From assembly GCA_937124585.1 (NCBI GenBank), contig CAKZKT010000014.1, positions 7,393 through 71,392 of the forward strand: DNA of 64,000 nucleotides, in the 5' to 3' direction. Every line of letters begins with the position of its first letter. Position 1 is the first letter of the stretch. The translations under genes and the position numbers were made by a program. Positions 58,569 to 64,000 of this stretch are shown one piece after another. The notes under the pieces are model-generated. The model made no database searches, had not been told where the DNA came from, and saw only the letters and a list, made by a program, of their open reading frames with translations. The stretch comes from an uncultured Anaerolineae bacterium. Its GTDB lineage: Bacteria; Chloroflexota; Anaerolineae; CG2-30-64-16.

Positions 58569-59039
58569 ATGCTTGATATGACAACAAACTTCGACCTGGC
58601 GCCGTTGCATGCGATCCTGGAAGAGTATGGCAGTCAAAAAGGCACCGTCATCCCCATCCTGCAGCGGGTGCAGGACGCGTACGGTTACCTGCCGAAGGAA
58701 ATCCTGGCCGAAATATCGAAGCGGACCAACATCCCCCTCACCCAGCTCATGGGAGTAGCGACCTTCTACACCCAGTTCCGCTTGAGCCCGCGGGGTAAGC
58801 ATCTTATTCGGGTATGCGACGGAACGGCTTGTCATGTAAGTGGAGCGCCCCACATTGTAAGGGCTATCGAAAAGGAATACGATATGCCGGCCGGATCTTC
58901 CTCGCCTGATCTTAAGTATACGCTCGAGGTTGTATATTGCGTGGGCGCATGTGGACTGGCTCCGGTCGTCATCGTGGATGACAAGGTGTATGGGAGGCTC
59001 TCTCCCGATGCTGTCCTGGAAAAAGTGCGTGATGTCTGA
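58569..59039 (+). CDS. NuoE/HydC-like 2Fe-2S subunit
   Basis: IPILQRVQDAYGYLP, ATFYTQF, VCDGTACH, CVGACGLAP. Confidence 0.92.
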   Translation: MLDMTTNFDLAPLHAILEEYGSQKGTVIPILQRVQDAYGYLPKEILAEISKRTNIPLTQLMGVATFYTQFRLSPRGKHLIRVCDGTACHVSGAPHIVRAIEKEYDMPAGSSSPDLKYTLEVVYCVGACGLAPVVIVDDKVYGRLSPDAVLEKVRDV

Positions 59040-59065
59040 TAAGGCAACCCGGCAGGAGGCGCGAG

Positions 59066-60979
59066 ATGTCCTTATTGAAATCCACTGATGATCTGCTGAG
59101 CCTGCGCGAGAGGGCAATATACGCTTTAGGGGTCCGTGTGCCGGGCGCGTCCCAACCTCAGTTTCGCAACGACGTAGTCGTTTGTGGCAGCACAGGCTGT
59201 CGGTCGGCCAATTCCCAGCAGGTTCTGAAAGCGCTACAGGCTCAGATCATCCAGAGGGAGTTGGACAAGGCTGTACGCGTGATTTCTACTGGTTGCCGCG
59301 GTTTATGTGCCGTGGGACCGGTGATGCAGATTTTCCCCTCCGGTGTGTTCTACAACCGCGTCCAGATTACGGACGTGCCAGAAATTGTCGAACAGACGCT
59401 GGTCGGGGGCAAGATCATCGAAAGGCTTTGTTTCCGTGATGTGGCGCAGAACAAAAGGCTCGCGCATTATCTGGACATTCCGTTTTATAACCGACAACTG
59501 CCCATTGTCCTACGCAACTGCGGCTTGATTGATCCGCAAAACATAGAGGAATACATCGCCACTGATGGCTACTTGGGATTGACTAAAGCATTAGAGCTAT
59601 CACCCGAGGAGGTCATCGAGATCATCAAAAATTCAGGCTTGCGTGGGCGTGGCGGAGCCGGCTTTTCCACAGGCATTAAATGGGAGCTTTGTCGGCGGGT
59701 CGCAAAACAACCGAAGTACGTGATTTGCAACGCGGATGAAGGTGATCCTGGCGCGTTCATGGACCGTTCCATCCTGGAAGCTGACCCGCACAGCGTGATC
59801 GAAGGGATGGTAATTGCAGCCTATGCGATTGGAGCGCCGCTAGGATACATCTATGTACGTGCTGAATACCCGTTGGCTGTGATTCACCTCCGAAGAGCTA
59901 TCGCCCAAGCGCGGGCGTACGGCCTACTGGGCGAAAATATCCTGGGCAGCGGCTTCTCCTTTGACCTGCACCTGAAGGAGGGGGCGGGCGCGTTCGTGTG
60001 CGGCGAGGAGATGGCACTCATCGCCTCCGTCGAAGGCCGCCGCGGAGAGCCGCGGCCCAAACCACCCTTCCCGGCCGTCTCCGGCCTCTGGAACCGGCCA
60101 ACGGTCGTCAACAACGTCAAAACCTACGCCCTGACGCCCCGGATCATCCTGAGGGGGCCAGAGTGGTTCTCGAGCATCGGCACGTCCAAATCGCCGGGCA
60201 CCGCCGTGTTCGCCTTGACCGGAAAGATCAGAAACACCGGCCTGATCGAAGTGCCCATGGGCATCACCCTGCGCGAGATCATCTACGACATTGGCGGCGG
60301 CATCCCCAAGAAGCGCCAGTTCAAGGCCGTCCAAACCGGCGGCCCGTTGGGCGGATGCCTGCCCGCCTCGGCGCTAGACACGCCGGTGGATTTCGATTCC
60401 CTCACCGAAGCCGGCGCCACCATGGGCTCGGGGGGCATGATCGTGGTTGACGAGCGCACCTGTATGGTTGAATTCGCCAAATACTTCCTGACCTTCGCTA
60501 CTGCCGAATCGTGTGGCAAGTGCGTGCCGTGCCGCATCGGCGGCCAGCGACTGCTGGAAGTGCTCACCCGCATCACCTCAGGCGCAGGCACCCCGCGCGA
60601 TTTGGACGAGATTGAACGCATCTCCCGCAACATGCGCGAGGCGTCGCTCTGTGCGCTGGGCCAGCTGACACCCGGCCCGGTCATGTCGGCGCTGCGCTTC
60701 TTCCGTGAGGAGTACGAGGCGCATGTCTACGACAAATTCTGTCTGGCCGGCGTCTGCAAAGGGCTCTATGAGCTGCACGTGGACGCCGACAGATGCGCGG
60801 GATGCGGCTTGTGCAAGAAGGCCTGTTCACAAGACGCGATCAGCGGCAACCGCAAGGAACCGCATGTCATTGACCAGCTCAAATGCATCCAGTGCGGCGC
60901 TTGTGTCGAGGCGTGCAACCTGGATGCCATCGTAGCTCAGCCGCGAGGAAAAGGCGTACATGCCATTGCGGTGGCTTAG
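59066..60979 (+). CDS. NuoF/HydB(BfuB)-like FMN/NADH subunit with extra Fe-S domains
   Basis: N-terminal CGSTGC...GCRGLC, GLRGRGGAGF, NADEGDPGAFMDR, FVCGEE, GGPLGG, ESCGKCVPCR, SLCALG, H-x5-C-x4-C, and a C-terminal 2x[4Fe-4S]. Confidence 0.93.
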   Translation: MSLLKSTDDLLSLRERAIYALGVRVPGASQPQFRNDVVVCGSTGCRSANSQQVLKALQAQIIQRELDKAVRVISTGCRGLCAVGPVMQIFPSGVFYNRVQITDVPEIVEQTLVGGKIIERLCFRDVAQNKRLAHYLDIPFYNRQLPIVLRNCGLIDPQNIEEYIATDGYLGLTKALELSPEEVIEIIKNSGLRGRGGAGFSTGIKWELCRRVAKQPKYVICNADEGDPGAFMDRSILEADPHSVIEGMVIAAYAIGAPLGYIYVRAEYPLAVIHLRRAIAQARAYGLLGENILGSGFSFDLHLKEGAGAFVCGEEMALIASVEGRRGEPRPKPPFPAVSGLWNRPTVVNNVKTYALTPRIILRGPEWFSSIGTSKSPGTAVFALTGKIRNTGLIEVPMGITLREIIYDIGGGIPKKRQFKAVQTGGPLGGCLPASALDTPVDFDSLTEAGATMGSGGMIVVDERTCMVEFAKYFLTFATAESCGKCVPCRIGGQRLLEVLTRITSGAGTPRDLDEIERISRNMREASLCALGQLTPGPVMSALRFFREEYEAHVYDKFCLAGVCKGLYELHVDADRCAGCGLCKKACSQDAISGNRKEPHVIDQLKCIQCGACVEACNLDAIVAQPRGKGVHAIAVA

Positions 60980-60993
60980 GAGAGCCGATAGAT

Positions 60994-63837
60994 ATGCCCC
61001 AAGTAAACATCACGATTGACGGCAAGAAGATCAAGGCCGAAGCCTTCAAGACCGTGTACGAGGTGGCGACGGCCAACGGCATCTACATCCCGGCCCTCTG
61101 TCATCACCCGGCCCTGCCGCCGGAAGGCGCCTGCCGCGTCTGCCTGGTGGAGATCGAACGCCAACGCGCGCTTCAACCGGCATGTACCTTCCCGGTGACC
61201 GAAGGGCTGGTCATTCACACCAACTCGCCCAAGGTGCGCGAAGCACGCAAATTCGCGCTGGAGCTGATCATCTCTGACCACCCCCTGGATTGCATGACCT
61301 GTGAGGCCACCGGCGATTGTCGGCTGCAAGACCTGGCCTACGAGTACGGCGTGAAGGGCAACGAATACACGGGCGGCGTGCAGCACACCTACCCGATTGA
61401 CGACCCCAACCCCTTCATCCAGGTGGACCGCAATAAATGCATCCTCTGTCGGCGCTGCGTGCGAGCGTGCAACTACATCAACGGCGTCGAGGCCATCGGC
61501 ATCGTCTATCGCGGCTTCAAAGCGCGCATCGCCTTCGGCATGGACTCCACCATGCAAGACAGCCCGTGCGAATTCTGCGGCAGCTGCGTCGAGGTCTGCC
61601 CCACGGCCGCGCTGTGGCCCAAGATGAGCCTGGGCAAGGGCCGCGCCTGGCAGCTCAAAAAGATCGAAACGATCTGCTCCTACTGCGGCGTCGGCTGTCG
61701 GCTGAACCTCCACGTGCGCGATAACGAGATCGTCAAAGTGACCGGCGCCGATGGCCCCGCCAACCACGGCTTCACCTGCGTCAAAGGCCGTTTCGGCTAC
61801 GACTATGTCAACCATCCGGAGCGACTGACCAGGCCGCTGGTGCGACGCTATCTGCTGGAGGGGGGGAGCAAAGCGGCGACGGATCACCGTGGCGGCGGTG
61901 ATGGAAAAAATGGAGACGGACTGCTGGCGACGGGCAATGCCGCCGCCGATTTCGTCGAGACCGATTGGGATACGGCGCTCAACCTGGTCGCCCACAAGTT
62001 CGCCGAGATCAAGCGGAACTATGGCGGCGACGCGTTTGCCGCGCTGTGCTCGGCGCGCTGCACCAACGAAGAAAACTTCCTGATGGCCAAGCTGACGCGG
62101 CAGCTGATGGCAACGCACAACATAGACCACTGCGCGCGTCTCTGACACAGCGCCACCGTCACCGGTCTGGTGACATCGTTCGGCTCCGGCGCCATGACCA
62201 ACCCGTTCGATGACATTGCCAAAAACGCGCAATGTCTCTTCATCATCGGCTCGAACACCACCGAGCAGCATCCGGTGTTCGGAATGCAGCTTCGCCAGGC
62301 GGTCAAGCAGCGCGGGGTGCCGCTCATCCTGGCCGATCCGCGGCGCATTCCGATCGCGGACTATGCGACGATCCACCTGCGCCACAAGCCCGGCACCGAC
62401 ACGGCCCTGCTCAACGGCCTGATGTACGTGCTGATCACCGAAGACCTGTACGACCACGAGTTCGTGGCCAATCGCACCGAAGGCTTCGAAGAACTGAAGG
62501 CGAAGATCCTCGCATATCCGCCGGAGCGCGTAGCCGAGATCTGCGACGTAAATGCCGAGGATATCCGTCGGGCCGCACGGCTCATGGCCGCGCACAGACC
62601 CGGCGCGCTGATGTATGCGATGGGCATCACCCAGCACACCAGCGGCCACGGCAACGTCATCTCCTGCGCCAACTTGCAGATGCTTCTGGGCAACGTCGGC
62701 GTGGCCGGCGGCGGCGTCAATCCGTTGCGCGGCCAGTCGAACGTGCAGGGTTCGTGCGATATGGGCGGCCTGCCGAACTACTACAGCGGCTATCAGAACG
62801 TCGCCCTGGAAGCCAGCCACAAAAAATTCGAGGCGGCCTGGGGCGCGGTGCCGCCGGTGGACAAACCCGGCCTGACCCTGGTCGAGATGATGCGCGCGGC
62901 CGAGCACGGCCAGATCAAGGCCATGTACATCCTCGGCGAGAACCCCGCCCTGTCCGACCCCGACAGCAATCACGTGCGCCGCTGCCTGGCCGCGCTCGAC
63001 TTCCTCGTGGTCCAGGACCTCTTCCTGACCGAAACCGCCCAACTGGCCGATGTCGTGCTGCCGGGCGCGTCGTTCGCGGAGAAAGATGGCACGTTCACCA
63101 ACAGCGAGCGCCGCGTGCAACGCGTGCAGCGCGCGCTCAACCCGATCGGCGAGTGTCGGCCCGACTGGGAGATCATCTCCGACCTGGGACAGCGCCTGCT
63201 GACAGCCATTTGGCCAGAGCTGCCGGACGCGATCGCCGAGGCACCGCATGGCCATTGGGATTACATGAACCCGGTTGAAATCCTGGACGAGATCGCCGAC
63301 CTGACGCCGTCGTACGCCGGCATTCGGGCGCATCGGCTGGAGAAGCTGGGCAGCTTGCAATGGCCCTGTCCCGATGAGAAACACCCCGGCACGCCGATCC
63401 TGCACGTCGGCAAGTTCACGCGCGGCCTGGGCAAGTTCCAGCCGATGGGCTATCTGCCGCCGGCCGAACTGCCAGATGAATCCTATCCGCTGCTGCTGAC
63501 GACCGGCCGCGTGCTGTATCACTACCATACCGGCTCGCTGACCCGCCGGGCACGGGGACTGGCTGCCATCTATCCGGAAGGACTGATCGAGCTGCATCCC
63601 GAAGACGCGGCGCGACTCGGCGTGGCGAACGGGGAAACGGTCGAGGTCGCCAGTCGGCGCGGCCGCGTTCACGCCAAGGCCGATGTCACCGAGCGCGTGC
63701 AGCCCGGCGTCGTCTTCATGACGTTCCACTTCCCCGACAGCGCAGCCAATTTCCTGACCAATCCGGCGCTCGACCCGGTGGCTAAGATACCCGAGTTCAA
63801 AGCGTGCGCGGTGCGAGTGAGCAAATGCGCAGTATGA
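60994..63837 (+). CDS. fdhF: Selenocysteine-containing Mo/W formate dehydrogenase alpha with an N-terminal NuoG/HydA-like Fe-S module; one CDS of about 947 aa
   Basis: IPALCH, CRVCLVE, HPLDCMTC, CILCRRC, CEFCGSC, CSYCGVGC, CVKG. In-frame TGA at 62143 sits in DHCARL-U-H. Downstream are GSNTTEQHP, LRGQSNVQG and TTGR; the two ORF-track pieces are in the same frame. Confidence 0.92.
62143..62177 (+). promoter_or_regulatory. Sec UGA codon and bacterial SECIS
   Basis: TGA, 12 nt spacer, then stem GTCACC/GGTGAC with loop GGTCT; same position and loop as the E. coli fdhF SECIS. Confidence 0.85.
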
Positions 63838-63922
63838 CGTGCATCATTTCACAATATCTGCGCGGGCGTACAATGGTACAGGAATCTTGACGGCAACGCG
63901 CTTTTATCAGGAGGGATATCTC

Positions 63923-64000
63923 ATGCGCTTAGGCAGAGTACTGGAAATCATCGAAGGCAAGCTCATCTCCGAAGACGCCGACCTGGACACGGAAGTGCAG
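63923..64000 (+). CDS. DRTGG-domain-type protein, 3'-truncated by the window edge
   Basis: SD AGGAGG; MRLGRVLEIIEGKLISEDADLDTEV resembles DRTGG protein N-termini. Only 26 aa are visible. Confidence 0.5.
   Translation, partial: MRLGRVLEIIEGKLISEDADLDTEVQ

Noticed and set aside
60976-63729. 917-aa antisense ORF, and similar long shadows (19869-21737, 32202-33905, 33776-35566, 27610-29259, 49833-51221)
   Set aside because: They are stop-poor mirror frames of high-GC genes with no recognisable motifs.
60883-63837. fdh as a pseudogene or two genes (60883-62145 and 62170-63837)
   Set aside because: The break is a single in-frame TGA at the Sec ligand position followed by a SECIS.

Overview
High-GC bacterial chromosome segment. 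Gene content and repeat style suggest an anaerobic Chloroflexota (Anaerolineae-like) host; that is an inference. 0-26 kb is mostly housekeeping: acs (5' partial), two FabL-like reductases, proline dehydrogenase, GT2s, ogt, mce, a DksA/TraR-like protein, upp, dCMP deaminase, GH1, tRNA-Lys(UUU), a clostripain-family protease, a 5'-nucleotidase, an S9 peptidase, and a P2A-type ATPase behind a probable yybP-ykoY (Mn2+) riboswitch. 26-43 kb is a long minus-strand run: nurA, a stand-alone HAS-barrel gene, M32 carboxypeptidase, ubiD/ubiA (MqnL/MqnP-like), a low-GC AbiE toxin-antitoxin cassette, herA, a decayed VapC fragment, sbcD/mre11, a tandem DarA (c-di-AMP receptor) protein, a PII-like protein, a CaCA antiporter, a glycyl radical enzyme with no activase in the window, and hutI. 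47-64 kb is an energy-metabolism cluster. A phosphorelay with no DNA-binding output is interleaved with a group 3b [NiFe]-hydrogenase. A hybrid histidine kinase is fused in frame to the Fe-S beta subunit, and the maturation protease is fused in frame to a receiver domain; both junctions keep an internal Shine-Dalgarno and ATG. Next come HydABC/Bfu-type NuoE- and NuoF-like genes and a selenocysteine formate dehydrogenase (in-frame UGA plus SECIS), which the ORF track splits in two. The kinase/hydrogenase fusion module is the best candidate for an undescribed system. No CRISPR array, integrase or transposase was seen. Product calls come from motif recognition by eye, with no database searches.
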